From an uncultured delta proteobacterium (GTDB taxonomy: Bacteria; Desulfobacterota; WTBG01), in assembly GCA_963793865.1 (NCBI GenBank), contig CAWCBP010000001.1:608001-672000 (forward strand): 64,000 nucleotides of DNA. Direction: 5' to 3'. The translations under genes were made by a program, and so were the position numbers. Numbering within the stretch: position 1 is the stretch's first letter; each line of letters starts with the position of its first letter. The notes beneath the pieces were generated by a model, which saw nothing but the letters and a program-made list of their open reading frames with translations, was not told the DNA's origin and made no database searches. Below are positions 51,689 to 62,010 of this stretch, one piece after another.

Positions 51689-52087
51689 TCAGGAAAGCAG
51701 CGCTTTCTGAGGTATCCGCAAGCAATCCGGACAGGTGCCTTTGAACTCCATCTGATGGCCGGATATTTTATAGCCCTTGGCGGCTTCAACCTGAGGTATG
51801 AGGTCCGGGCTGAGCGCACAGGTAACGTCTTCAAGCTTTCCGCATTCCAGGCATACTATGTGGTGGTGAAATTCCGTGTTCCCGTCGTATCGGGCGGTGT
51901 TTTTTCCGAACTTGAGCTCCCGGATTTTCCCCGTCTCTTTGAGAATGTTTAAATTGCGGTAGACGGTTCCAAGGCTTATGTTGGGACACTTCTCCTTTAC
52001 CCTGTCAAAAATCCATGCCGCTGTCGGATGACAGGTGGTTTCTTGCAATGTTTCTATGATGTGAGACCGCTGACGTGTTGAGCGCAT
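51689..52087 (-). CDS. Fur-family regulator, PerR-like
   Basis: HPTA, SLGTVYRNL, RYDG..HHHIVCLEC, CPDC. Confidence 0.9.
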   Translation of the reverse strand: MRSTRQRSHIIETLQETTCHPTAAWIFDRVKEKCPNISLGTVYRNLNILKETGKIRELKFGKNTARYDGNTEFHHHIVCLECGKLEDVTCALSPDLIPQVEAAKGYKISGHQMEFKGTCPDCLRIPQKALLS

Positions 52088-52162
52088 TTTTAATACTATG
52101 TTAGATATTGTCGTTTTGTCAATCTGATTCAGGGTGATCGCAAGGATACCTTAAAAATGTCA

Positions 52163-52192
52163 AACAATAATGATTATTGTTCCTGCTGTCAA
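52163..52192 (-). promoter_or_regulatory. sigma70 promoter with perfect 9-1-9 Fur/PerR-type operator
   Basis: TTGACA(52192-52187)-17-TATTGT; AACAATAAT-G-ATTATTGTT at 52163-52181. Confidence 0.75.
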
Positions 52193-52366
52193 GTGATTAT
52201 TACTAATGACGCACCGACCGTATTGTTTTAAAACAAAAAAATGTTTATCGTTGGGACTCAATTTTGTTTAATTTTCTTGACACGATTTTACCTTGCAGGA
52301 TATTATGCGGCAATTTTCCGGGTCAGCCAGTAGCTAATTACATGAAATTGATGATGAGGAGGGTAT

Positions 52367-53701
52367 ATGAAGAAGCAGATTCTTTTATTGGTCGGTGCAA
52401 TGCTGTTTATACTGTGTGCGAATGTATACGCGGCTGATACAGAGGTCGAAAGCCTCAAGCAGGAGCTCAATTCGCTCAAGAACCAGGTTGATGAGTTGAA
52501 GGCAATTCTTAAACAGCAGCAGCAGATGATAGAGGAGGAGGCAAAGCGGCCGGAAAAAGCGGCGGCGGCAAAAGAGGAAAAAAAGGAATCGCCGATCATC
52601 AGCAGCTTCAAGTTCAAGCCCTACGGCTATATCAAGCTGGATGCCGCCTATGATGACAGCAGGACCAACTACGGAAACTTTGTTTTATACGTTCCCAATG
52701 AATCTCAGCATAAAAATGACAACGAATATAACATGACTGCCAAGCAGACCCGATTGGGCCTCGATATCATGGCGCCGGAGATCTACGACTGGCAGGCATG
52801 GGGCAGGATTGAATTTGACTTCTACGGAGATGGCGCCACTCACGAGAATAAGGCCGGTGTGCTGCTCCGCCACGCCTTTTTAGAATTGAAGAGAGGCAAC
52901 TTCAGCCTTCTGGCGGGCCAGACATCAGACCTGATTGCACCGCTCAATATCGATACGCTCAATTATACGGTCGGGTGGTCGGTAGGCAATATCGGATACC
53001 GGCGGCCTCAATTGCGCGGTACCTACACCTATCCCCTGACCAAGACCACCAAGATTATTTCCGCCCTTGCGCTCGCCAGATCAACGGGAACGGTGAATGA
53101 GGACCTGGACCTGGATCTGAAAAATGATGGTGAGGATGCCGGCTTTCCCACCGTTCAGGGAAGGCTTGCCCTGGCCACGAAACTGTTAACCTCCAATCCC
53201 ACGGTCTTCGGCATCTCCGGGCATTATGGAGAGGAGGAGATTGACTGGCAGGTGAAACCGGCGACGACAAGAAACCGGCAGGACCGGGTCAAGTCCTGGT
53301 CGATAGTCGCTGATGGTGACCTTCCGTTGACCCCAAAGCTTTCCGTGAAAGGGGAGTTCTTTACCGGCTACAACCTCGATGATTACTTCGGCGGCATTCT
53401 CCAGGGTGTTAATCCCACCACCCGGGATGTGATCAAATCAATGGGGGGCTGGATGCAGCTCTCGTACAAACACAATGACAAATGGAACTACCGGCTCGGA
53501 TTCGGCATAGATGATCCGGAGGAAAAGGATCTCTCAAAGAGCATGAGAAGCCGGAACAGCTTTTATTTCGGCAATATTGTGTACAGCCTGATTCCCCCGG
53601 TTGATATCGGGCTTGAATACAGTTACTGGGAGACCGATCATGCGGGTCTCAGCGCCGGCACCGATAACCGCATACAGACTTCTATTATCTACAAGTGGTA
53701 G
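52367..53701 (+). CDS. Outer-membrane porin with N-terminal coiled coil (DcaP-like)
   Basis: Signal peptide, coiled coil, YGYIKLD, QTRLG, terminal aromatic residue (YKW). Confidence 0.78.
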   Translation: MKKQILLLVGAMLFILCANVYAADTEVESLKQELNSLKNQVDELKAILKQQQQMIEEEAKRPEKAAAAKEEKKESPIISSFKFKPYGYIKLDAAYDDSRTNYGNFVLYVPNESQHKNDNEYNMTAKQTRLGLDIMAPEIYDWQAWGRIEFDFYGDGATHENKAGVLLRHAFLELKRGNFSLLAGQTSDLIAPLNIDTLNYTVGWSVGNIGYRRPQLRGTYTYPLTKTTKIISALALARSTGTVNEDLDLDLKNDGEDAGFPTVQGRLALATKLLTSNPTVFGISGHYGEEEIDWQVKPATTRNRQDRVKSWSIVADGDLPLTPKLSVKGEFFTGYNLDDYFGGILQGVNPTTRDVIKSMGGWMQLSYKHNDKWNYRLGFGIDDPEEKDLSKSMRSRNSFYFGNIVYSLIPPVDIGLEYSYWETDHAGLSAGTDNRIQTSIIYKW

Positions 53702-53800
53702 CAGGCGTGAAGCGGAGGGGTAAGAAAGGCACCACCTAGCAGTTCTCGTCTGCCATGATGTGTGATTGCGTGCATGGCCGTCAGGGAAAGGGGTTCGTCC

Positions 53801-54268
53801 ATGAAGCAGCTCAGCATGGAAGAGGTCATTGATCGGGCAATTCAAAGGGAAGAAGATTCATATGCGCTGTATGAAAAGCTGACCGGTGTCATTCAGGATG
53901 CCGCCTCTCGCGACACACTGCATTTTATGGCGGGGGAGGAGCTGAAACACAAAGCGGCGCTGCAGCGCTATAAGAGCGGGGAAATGGGGAAAGCGGTGCT
54001 TTCCATGACAACCGTTGCCGATGCGCGGGTGGTGGAGGCGCTGGGAGCACCGGACATGTCCGGACCGCTGCAGCATAAGGACATTTTTCTGTTTGCCGCC
54101 GGCCGGGAAAAGGCGTCCCATGAATTCTACCAGCGTCTGGCGGAGGTGCAGCCCCCCGGCGATCTGCAAACAATGCTCTACTCGTTTGCCGGGGAAGAGC
54201 TGCGCCACAAGGAAAAGGTGGAATACCTTTACTGCAATGCTGCATTTCCCCAGACTGACGGCGGATGA
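53801..54268 (+). CDS. Ferritin-like / rubrerythrin-domain protein
   Basis: EELKH and EELRH repeats. Confidence 0.85.
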   Translation: MKQLSMEEVIDRAIQREEDSYALYEKLTGVIQDAASRDTLHFMAGEELKHKAALQRYKSGEMGKAVLSMTTVADARVVEALGAPDMSGPLQHKDIFLFAAGREKASHEFYQRLAEVQPPGDLQTMLYSFAGEELRHKEKVEYLYCNAAFPQTDGG

Positions 54269-54389
54269 TGATCGGGGATTGACTGGTTGACGATCAGGGA
54301 CAGGAAAAGCTGCCCGTCGGGACAATCCCGCAGCGTGCAGGAGCAGAAGGGCTCGGCCGGTTGCACTGCACAGTGCCCCGCAAGGCAGA

Positions 54390-54572
54390 TCAATCCGCCA
54401 GGATGGCCAGCACGCCGTGCAGGGTGGCGGTTACCGCAAGCAGTATACCCGTCTTTTTGTGGGTCGCGAATGATATTCCCGCCCATCGCAACCCTCCCGC
54501 AAGCTGCATGAACACCAGCAGACCGTTTACGATTCCCAGGATAAAAATAAGAGAGATGCCGCCTATAGCCAT
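54390..54572 (-). CDS. Small two-helix membrane protein with two His
   Basis: AGGAGG RBS; THKKTG...TLHG. Confidence 0.7.
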   Translation of the reverse strand: MAIGGISLIFILGIVNGLLVFMQLAGGLRWAGISFATHKKTGILLAVTATLHGVLAILAD

Positions 54573-54588
54573 GCGAGTATTCCTCCTG

Positions 54589-54996
54589 TCACTCGGCGGC
54601 AGGGGCAAGCGCTACGTTTGCAGTGGCGGGCCCCTTGCTGCCGTGCATGTTGCAGTGGCCTTCAGCCTTTAATTCCAGAGCTTCATTCACCACAAACTTA
54701 ATTTCCCTGGTAAAGACATTGCTCTCGGGCTTATGCATCCGGGTGTAATCCCATCGCGCTATTTCTGTGCCGTTAACCATGATACGCAGCCAGTCCGTGT
54801 AGTGGAGAAAGTTGTTGGCGCTGTGGGTGGCGGTTACGCGGATGGTTATTTCAGATCCCGGAGCTGCGCTTGCGGGGGCGTTGATCGATACCGAAGTTTT
54901 ATCTGCCAGGGCGGCCGGGGGTGTGAACAAAAGCACGCAGACAATAAAAGTACAGCAACCGGTGATTCTGAACAGGGGTTTTAATGCATCAAGCAT
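54589..54996 (-). CDS. Secreted superoxide-reductase-like (desulfoferrodoxin centre II) protein
   Basis: Signal peptide (PPAALA), H....LHYTDW and HCNMHG ligand motifs. Confidence 0.75.
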   Translation of the reverse strand: MLDALKPLFRITGCCTFIVCVLLFTPPAALADKTSVSINAPASAAPGSEITIRVTATHSANNFLHYTDWLRIMVNGTEIARWDYTRMHKPESNVFTREIKFVVNEALELKAEGHCNMHGSKGPATANVALAPAAE

Positions 54997-55096
54997 GGTT
55001 TTAGCTCCTTTCTGCCGGCATACGGTTGACGGTCCTGAAATCGCTTCCTCGTGCGCCATTGTAACCGTCAGCATCCTCTGAGTCAAGGTTTTCTCA

Positions 55097-57225
55097 TCAT
55101 CGCTGATCATGCGCAGTGGTTACCGCCTGGAGTAAACAGAGCATTTCTCCGGCATCGGTTGTCGGTGATGAACAGGCAAAGTTGCTGCACACATAGGCCG
55201 CCGGCTTCCCCTTGATGGGAGCCATATGTTCGGTAAACGGGGCGATCCCGGCAAGTGAACGGCCCTCATCATCCTCCGTCCGGAGCAGGACAACCTTGTT
55301 GGGCAGGAACGGTTCTCTCAGTTTTTTTAAAAATTGCCGGGTTTCCGCCTGCCGGAGGCTGCCGGCAATGACCACCTCACATGATGGGCCAAGGGCAAAA
55401 TCAAATGCCGTCAGGAAATGGGTGGCCGCGGACGGGTGCTGCAGCACCACAGAAGCAAAAGCCCTCCCCATCCGGGCCGCTTTTTTCTCGAAATCAGCGT
55501 TGGCGGTCATACGTGCAAGGCGCAGCAGGTTGTGCAGGGCCACGGAATTTCCCGAAGGCAGCGCGCCGTCATAGAGCTCTTTCTGCCGCAGCAGCAATGC
55601 TTCACCGTCATCCGCAGAGAAGAAAAAACCTCCTTCGCCGGTTTCGTCCCAGAAATGTTCCAGCAGATCGCGGTTGAGCATGATGGCCGCCTGCAGATAG
55701 CGTGCCTCAAAGGTGGCCTCGTACAGATCAATCAATCCGCAGATAAAAAAGGCGTAGTCATCCAGGTTTGCCGGCACTGCGGCTTCCGCCGCCCGGTAGC
55801 GGTGCAGCAATCGACCGTTCGGCAGGCGCAGGGAGCCCAGAATGAAATCAGCCGCCTGTTGCGCCGGGCGGGCATAGGCGGGATCATCCAGCGCCTGCGA
55901 CGCCCGGGCAAGGGCGGCAATCATGAGTCCGTTCCAGTCGGTAAGAATCTTGTCATCTTTGAAGGGATGGGCCCGCATCTCCCGTGCCGGGAAGAGGCGC
56001 CTGCGTGCCGCTTCAATCATGGCACGGAGTTGTTCCTCCGGCATGCTGAGCTCGGCTGCGGCGCTTGAAAGCGTTGTGGTGAGGTGCAAAATGTTGGCGG
56101 CCGCTTGCCTGCCCGGTTGACTCATCCCTGAAATTCCCCCCCGTGGAAGCGTTAAAAATCTTCAGGAACAGTCGTGCATCGTCTGCCGGCAGCAGGCTTT
56201 CTACTTCCTCCCGGCGCCAGATGTAGAACTTTCCCTCTTCCCCTTCGCTGTCGGCGTCCTCCGCGGAATAGAACCCTCCCTGATCAGAGGTCATATCTCT
56301 CAAAACGTAGGCGATGATCTCACGCGCGGTTTGCTCAAACTCTTTGTTGCCGGTTGCCTGGAATGCCTCGGTATAGGCCATGGTGAGCAATGCCTGGTCG
56401 TAGAGCATTTTTTCGAAGTGGGGCACAAGCCATCGCTCATCGGTTGAATAGCGGTGGAATCCAAAGCCGATGTGGTCGTAAATGCCGCCCTGACGCATGG
56501 CAGTGAGGGTTTTGTGTGCCATGTCCAAGCGCGAGGGGTTCTCCGCTGCGCTTCCAATAGCGAAGCAGGAAGAGCAGATTATGGGGGGTGGGGAATTTAG
56601 GCGCGGTGCCGAACCCGCCGTAGCGCTCATCAAATCGGCCCGACAGCTGCTCATAGGCACCCGAAAGAGCTGACGGCGCAAGCGCTCCCGGAGGCTCATT
56701 CATGGCCTGCCTTTGTACAACGGAAACGATGTGATCGGCCGAAGACAGAACCTCGCCGCTTCTTTTTGTCCAGGCCTCCTCAACGGCGGGTATCAGCGAG
56801 GTCATGCCGGCTCTCCCGAATCGGCTCTCTTTGGGAATATAGGTGCCGGCAAAAAAGGGTTTTTTGTCCGGCGTCATGATAATGGTCAGCGGCCATCCTC
56901 CCGATCCGGTCATCATCTGGCAGACGGTCATGTAGAGCTTGTCAATATCAGGACGTTCTTCGCGGTCAACCTTGATGGAAATGAAGGCGTTGTTCATCAG
57001 CCCGGCTACCAGAGGATCCTCGAAGCATTCACGCTCCATGACGTGGCACCAGTGGCAGGTGGAATAACCGATGGAAAGAAAGATGGGCTTGTTTTCTGTG
57101 CGAGCCCGCTCAAATGCCTCTTCCCCCCATGGGTACCAGTCTACCGGATTATGGGCGTGCTGCAGGAGGTAGGGGCTTTTTTCGCTGAGCAGGCGGTTGC
57201 CTGCGCCGGAAGCATTCTGTATCAT
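55097..57225 (-). CDS. Thioredoxin-domain protein YyaL/DUF255 (SSP411-like), two apparent frameshifts
   Basis: [41 protein letters not shown] across three frames. Confidence 0.88.
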
Positions 57226-57314
57226 TGTACCGTGTGGCGGAGGTGAAGAGGGAGCGGGTGCTTATTTCATGCCGAACAGATCCGTGCCATCACGCAGGAT
57301 GACACACATAAGCG

Positions 57315-58088
57315 TCAGGGCAAAGACCCGGCCCCGGAGGGGCCGGGAACCTTTATCTCGTAGGATTGCGCCTCCATGTCCCTTTTCGGTGAACCCGGAG
57401 GCCCCGATAGCCCCTGGTATCGAACCAGGTAATGAGGGGGTGCAACGCTGTACCATGCATTCATCTTGGGAAGGAAGGTGCCCCAGAAGCCATCCAGGCC
57501 GAATTCAATCTTGTAGCAATCGATGATTTTTCCATGAGCGGTAACCGGTTCCTTTTTGCCCTTGCTTGCGCTGAAACCGAAGGTCCGCTGGCGTCCTTCT
57601 CCATAAAACCCGATTTTGACGCTCTCGAGTTCATCGAAGAGAAAGCCGCGAAAGATGTAGGTAAGGGCGGAAAAGTCCGCGAGAATGACTTCGTCCTTCC
57701 CGGGCAGCGGCTCTTCGTTCTTCACCTGCAGCCGCGAATCGAGCGTTGCGCGCGGGAATTTTCTCACGGTGTGTATGGCCTGAATGCGCATGGTTTCCTT
57801 GTCAAGGATCAGGACCCTGTCCAGCTCGGGGGAAAGGGAGGTGATTTCGTAGCGTTCCCGCCCCGCTTCAGAACGTGTAATCCTGACCGTTTCAACAACG
57901 GTCGTCGGCGCATCGTCGACCCGCGTGATGTAGGTGATGGTTTCACCATCGGGTATGCCGGGATCCTTGAAGGGGCTTGCCGGACAGGGGGTGCTGAAGC
58001 AGCATGCCATCAGAGCCGCAATGCCGGTCCTAACCCAGATTGATTGATGCATGCGGTTCTCCCGTGCAGTCAGGGGTTGGAGTTTCAT
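57315..58088 (-). CDS. Secreted hypothetical protein (start uncertain)
   Basis: Signal-like N-terminus, long ORF in co-oriented cluster. Confidence 0.65.
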   Translation of the reverse strand: MKLQPLTARENRMHQSIWVRTGIAALMACCFSTPCPASPFKDPGIPDGETITYITRVDDAPTTVVETVRITRSEAGRERYEITSLSPELDRVLILDKETMRIQAIHTVRKFPRATLDSRLQVKNEEPLPGKDEVILADFSALTYIFRGFLFDELESVKIGFYGEGRQRTFGFSASKGKKEPVTAHGKIIDCYKIEFGLDGFWGTFLPKMNAWYSVAPPHYLVRYQGLSGPPGSPKRDMEAQSYEIKVPGPSGAGSLP

Positions 58089-58121
58089 CGAACGGATGCC
58101 GCCGGGCAGCGTCAGGGGCCT

Positions 58122-58898
58122 TCAGCGGAAGGTGCGCTTCATCGCTTTCCGGCTGAGCCACCCGCCCGCAATAAGCAGCGCAAGTGCGGTGAGTGCGCAG
58201 GCGATGATCTGCCCGGGAACAGGATTACCCAACGTGCTCTTGATCTGAGTGCCGGCAAGAGTCATGACAATCAGGGCGGGGGAAATGCCGGTAACCGTTG
58301 CCGCGGTATAGGTCCGGAAATTGATTGGTGATGCGCCCGAGATGAGGTTAACCAGGAAAAAGGGGGCGACCGGCAGCAGGCGCAGCATGGCAACGGTTAC
58401 AAATCCGTGGCGGGCAAGCCGGCCGCTTATCTGCCGCACGCGGTTTCCTGCATAATGGTGTATGGTGTCGTGGCCGAGAAGGTGCCCGAGGGCGTAAAGC
58501 ACCGAGGCGTTTGCCATCAGGCCGCAGAGCGAATAGAGCAAACCCGGCAGCGGGCCGAAAAGCATGGCCGTGGCGGGGATAAGAATAATCACCGGAAAGG
58601 CAAACAATCCTGACAGGGTATAAAACGCGATCACATAAAGCGGTGCCAGGGGATCGCTTCTCAGCTGCGCTGAAACGCCGTAAAGATTTTCCCCGGCCAG
58701 CCAGCCGTCAAGCGGCAGGAAGCGCCAGGCGAGTGCGAGCACGCAGAGCAGCGCGATGAAGATGCCTGCGATGAGAGCCGAATGCCGCGAAGGTTGTCGT
58801 TGTTCTTGCGATGCGTGCTGCATTAGGACCTGTAAAGAGGTGGATGTAGATGGCTCAAGCAGAAAAGCACTCGGGATATGCGCTGCAACGGTGATCAT
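58122..58898 (-). CDS. DedA/TVP38 (VTT domain) membrane protein (start uncertain)
   Basis: LRLLPVAPF..VN, GISP motifs. Confidence 0.85.
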   Translation of the reverse strand: MITVAAHIPSAFLLEPSTSTSLQVLMQHASQEQRQPSRHSALIAGIFIALLCVLALAWRFLPLDGWLAGENLYGVSAQLRSDPLAPLYVIAFYTLSGLFAFPVIILIPATAMLFGPLPGLLYSLCGLMANASVLYALGHLLGHDTIHHYAGNRVRQISGRLARHGFVTVAMLRLLPVAPFFLVNLISGASPINFRTYTAATVTGISPALIVMTLAGTQIKSTLGNPVPGQIIACALTALALLIAGGWLSRKAMKRTFR

Positions 58899-59062
58899 GA
58901 AAAACTGCTGAACAGTTTACAGGATATCGCTTTTCATTTCAAATTAATAATGATTGCTTTTCTAAAACAGCCGGACCTGCACGGCTGATCATCAATTGCG
59001 GCATTCAGTTTTAGCTTGCCAGAGCGTGTGCGGCATGCAACAATATCGAGGCGATAAAGAAG

Positions 59063-59722
59063 ATGCGAGCAGGTTTCATTTCGTGGCGGAGGAATGATCC
59101 AATAAATGATGACCTATTGTTTGCAATGCTGTCGTACCTCTACGGTTCAATCCCCTTTGGTTATATAGCCACATCCATACTGACAGGTGAAAAGCTCACC
59201 CAAAAGGGGACCGGCAATGTAGGCGTGACCAATGCCTTTAAAGTCGGGGGAACGGCTGCAGGGATTATCACCGTTGCGGGTGAGATTTCCAAGGCCGTTG
59301 TTCCCATAACCACCGCGCGGTGGCTGTTTCCGGATAACCTTTTTACCGTCTTGCTGCTTGTTTTCAGCTCTCTGGCCGGGACCTGCTTCTCGGTCTTCCT
59401 TAAAGGCAAAGGCGGCAAGGGCAGTACGACTGCACTCTGGAGCGTGCTGCTTCTTTCCCCATGGTCGTGCCTGCTGCTGGTGGTTACCGCCGTGATTCTT
59501 TCCCTGCTTGCCCGCATCACCATTCAGGTGAAAAAACTGCAGCTCCTGTTTATACCCTGCATCATCCACCTGGTTGAGCGTGATGTTCTTTTTACCTGCT
59601 TCGGCCTGCTGACCAGCCTCCTGTTCGCCTACAATATCTATTATCGCAAGGATGATTTCGCCTATTACAATGTCTTTCAGCAGAAGCCGGACCTCAAGGA
59701 TAACGGTTCAATCGACCAATAA
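59063..59722 (+). CDS. plsY: Glycerol-3-phosphate acyltransferase PlsY-like (start uncertain)
   Basis: GSIPFG, GTGNVGVTN, GKGGKG. Confidence 0.8.
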   Translation: MRAGFISWRRNDPINDDLLFAMLSYLYGSIPFGYIATSILTGEKLTQKGTGNVGVTNAFKVGGTAAGIITVAGEISKAVVPITTARWLFPDNLFTVLLLVFSSLAGTCFSVFLKGKGGKGSTTALWSVLLLSPWSCLLLVVTAVILSLLARITIQVKKLQLLFIPCIIHLVERDVLFTCFGLLTSLLFAYNIYYRKDDFAYYNVFQQKPDLKDNGSIDQ

Positions 59723-59803
59723 AGCGAAAGGCAAATCCCGGTTTCAAACAAAGGATGTATTCTTATAATGCTGTGCGGATTTAACCACAGGAGGTGAATA
59801 ACC

Positions 59804-60256
59804 GTGAGCCACGCTCTATTGTTCTCCTTGATCATGCTGCTCATCTTGTCTGAGTCTCCTTCAGCGGAAGATACTCTTGCCGCAACCAATCAAACGGGAA
59901 CCATTACCGTGAGGCTAACAGGATTTGAGAATGACAAGGAAGAGGTTAAACTCTGCGTCTGCAGATCTGAAGGGGAGTATACGGGCAAGGTGAAGGAATA
60001 CCGCACTGCCTCTGCGGCAATCTCAAACAAACAGGCTGTCAGGGTATTTGAAGAGATGCCCTACGGCTCTTACAGCATCAAGGCCTTTCATGATCAAAAC
60101 GGAAACAACAGGCTGGATACTAATTTTATGGGTAAGCCGACTGAACGCTATGGATTCTCCAACCATGCCGATGGACGTTTCGGACCGCCCCCTTTCTCCC
60201 AAACGGTCATTACGCTCAATTCGCCGGTGACAGAAATAGAGATACACTTACAATAG
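59804..60256 (+). CDS. DUF2141 family protein
   Basis: FHDQNGNNRLDTNFMGKPTERYGFSN. Confidence 0.88.
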   Translation: MSHALLFSLIMLLILSESPSAEDTLAATNQTGTITVRLTGFENDKEEVKLCVCRSEGEYTGKVKEYRTASAAISNKQAVRVFEEMPYGSYSIKAFHDQNGNNRLDTNFMGKPTERYGFSNHADGRFGPPPFSQTVITLNSPVTEIEIHLQ

Positions 60257-60410
60257 AAATCCTCGTGCCATGCCCGATGCAGGTGAAAGCGATGCGGTTG
60301 GTCATGAGGAGGCCGCCGAAACAAACAGACATCTCCGCGACGTATGATGCAAGTGCCGTCCCATTCCGGAATTCGGGAACCGCCATGTGTCGGCTTGTGC
60401 GCGCCATGAC

Positions 60411-60440
60411 AAAAAGACCCCGTCCTCGCGGACGGGGTCT
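60411..60440 (-). terminator. Intrinsic terminator
   Basis: AGACCCCGTCC-tcgc-GGACGGGGTCT with U-tract on the minus strand. Confidence 0.75.
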
Positions 60441-60475
60441 CGGATAAAGGAACATATGTAAACGCGGTCTCTTTT

Positions 60476-60928
60476 TTACTCCTCGGCGGTAATGCTGCCG
60501 GTTGCGATCTGTTCGCTTGCCTTGTCCTGCACGGTGATAAGGCGCTTCACTTCGTATTTGTATGTGCCATGATAGATAAAGCAGAGGCTGGCAGTGCCGC
60601 CCTGGGGTATTGCAGCCGTCTCGTAATTGCCCCATAAATCAGCGTAGAAATTTACCGGCGCTTTGCACGCGATGCCCAGTTTGTCCAGAAACTTGATGGT
60701 GACCGGGCCTGATTCGTTGTTCAGGAAGACGATGGTGGTGCCGATCTTCACCTTCAGGTTAAGGGGAGTGATGCTGTCGGGCTCATGCTTCAGGATAATG
60801 GTGCTGATGGGCTCGGCCGCCGGCTTTTCTTCCGCGCAGGTAATCCCGGGATATGCGAGAAGAACCATTGCTGCCAGCAGACATGCCGTAAACAGGGTGC
60901 ATAACGTTCGTTGGGTACGGGTCAACAT
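60476..60928 (-). CDS. Secreted cupredoxin-fold-like protein, paralogue C
   Basis: GTTIVFLN, IACKAPVNF, GGTASLCF shared with A and B. Confidence 0.7.
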   Translation of the reverse strand: MLTRTQRTLCTLFTACLLAAMVLLAYPGITCAEEKPAAEPISTIILKHEPDSITPLNLKVKIGTTIVFLNNESGPVTIKFLDKLGIACKAPVNFYADLWGNYETAAIPQGGTASLCFIYHGTYKYEVKRLITVQDKASEQIATGSITAEE

Positions 60929-61171
60929 GCTGTCTCCTTTCTTGTGGGGGATTGTGCCTTAAGGCAAAGTTACATTGTGGATTGCGAATTTGATTTCTTG
61001 TTCTGCACACTACATCATGCCGCCTTATACCGCACGTTTGTACAATTACTGAGCATGCTTGTCAATAGAAATTTTGACTTGCTTTAGATGATCCGGCATG
61101 TAAAAATGCGGCCATGAGGGAAGGGTTCATTCGAACAGCGGTTGCGGGTGCCCATGCAGGAGGAGGTGCCG

Positions 61172-62008
61172 GTGAAAATAAATGTGGCCAAAACCGGGGG
61201 GTTTTGCTTCGGCGTGCGCAGGGCGCTCACCATTGCCCAGAAAACGGCGGAGTCGGGCGCGTGCGTCGAAATGCTCGGTGATATTGTTCACAATGAGGAT
61301 GTGGTGAAAAAGCTGAACGACGCGGGCATACGCACCATAAAGAGGCTGGGCAGGGGTGAAAATAAAATTCTTTTGATTCGGGCTCACGGTGCTTCGCAGG
61401 AGGTTTTTGAGCGGGCGTTGGAGCGCGGCTATAGAATTGTGGATGCAACCTGCCCCAAGGTGCGGAAGATCTATAAGCTGGCGGAGATTTCAAAGCATGA
61501 GGGCTGCCAGGTCATCATTATCGGCGACAAGAAACATGATGAGGTCCGCGGAATCGTGGGGCAGCTCAAGGGCAAGGCAATTGTCATCGATAGCCCTGAA
61601 AAGATCCCGCTGGAGTCGATCAAGCGGATCAGCAAGGCCTGTGTGGTGGTTCAATCCACACAGAACCTGGAAACAACCCTGCAGATCCTTGCACGGCTGA
61701 GAAAACACATCAGCTGCCTCACCTTTTACAATACCATCTGCAAACCAACCCGGGTGAAACAGGAGGAAATAAAAACCCTGCCGGTTGAGAATGACGTCAT
61801 GATCATCATCGGATCAAGAACCAGCGCCAATACCAGGCGGCTGTTCGAAATTGCAAAATCCCTCAACAAACGCACCCACTGGATACAATCAAAAGAAGAG
61901 CTGAAGACGCGGTGGTTCAAAGGCGCCGGGAGCGTCGGGATCATGGCGGGGGCATCAACCCCTGATGAGACCACCAGGGGGGTTATCGGCTGCATACAGT
62001 CATTCTGA
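61172..62008 (+). CDS. ispH: 4-hydroxy-3-methylbut-2-enyl diphosphate reductase
   Basis: GFCFGVRRA, IVHN, DATCPKV, TIC, SANT, GASTP. Confidence 0.95.
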   Translation: MKINVAKTGGFCFGVRRALTIAQKTAESGACVEMLGDIVHNEDVVKKLNDAGIRTIKRLGRGENKILLIRAHGASQEVFERALERGYRIVDATCPKVRKIYKLAEISKHEGCQVIIIGDKKHDEVRGIVGQLKGKAIVIDSPEKIPLESIKRISKACVVVQSTQNLETTLQILARLRKHISCLTFYNTICKPTRVKQEEIKTLPVENDVMIIIGSRTSANTRRLFEIAKSLNKRTHWIQSKEELKTRWFKGAGSVGIMAGASTPDETTRGVIGCIQSF

Positions 62009-62010
62009 AA

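Noticed and set aside
59720..59760. c-di-GMP riboswitch (GGCAAA)
   Set aside because: No matching P2/P3 stems or tetraloop-receptor pattern
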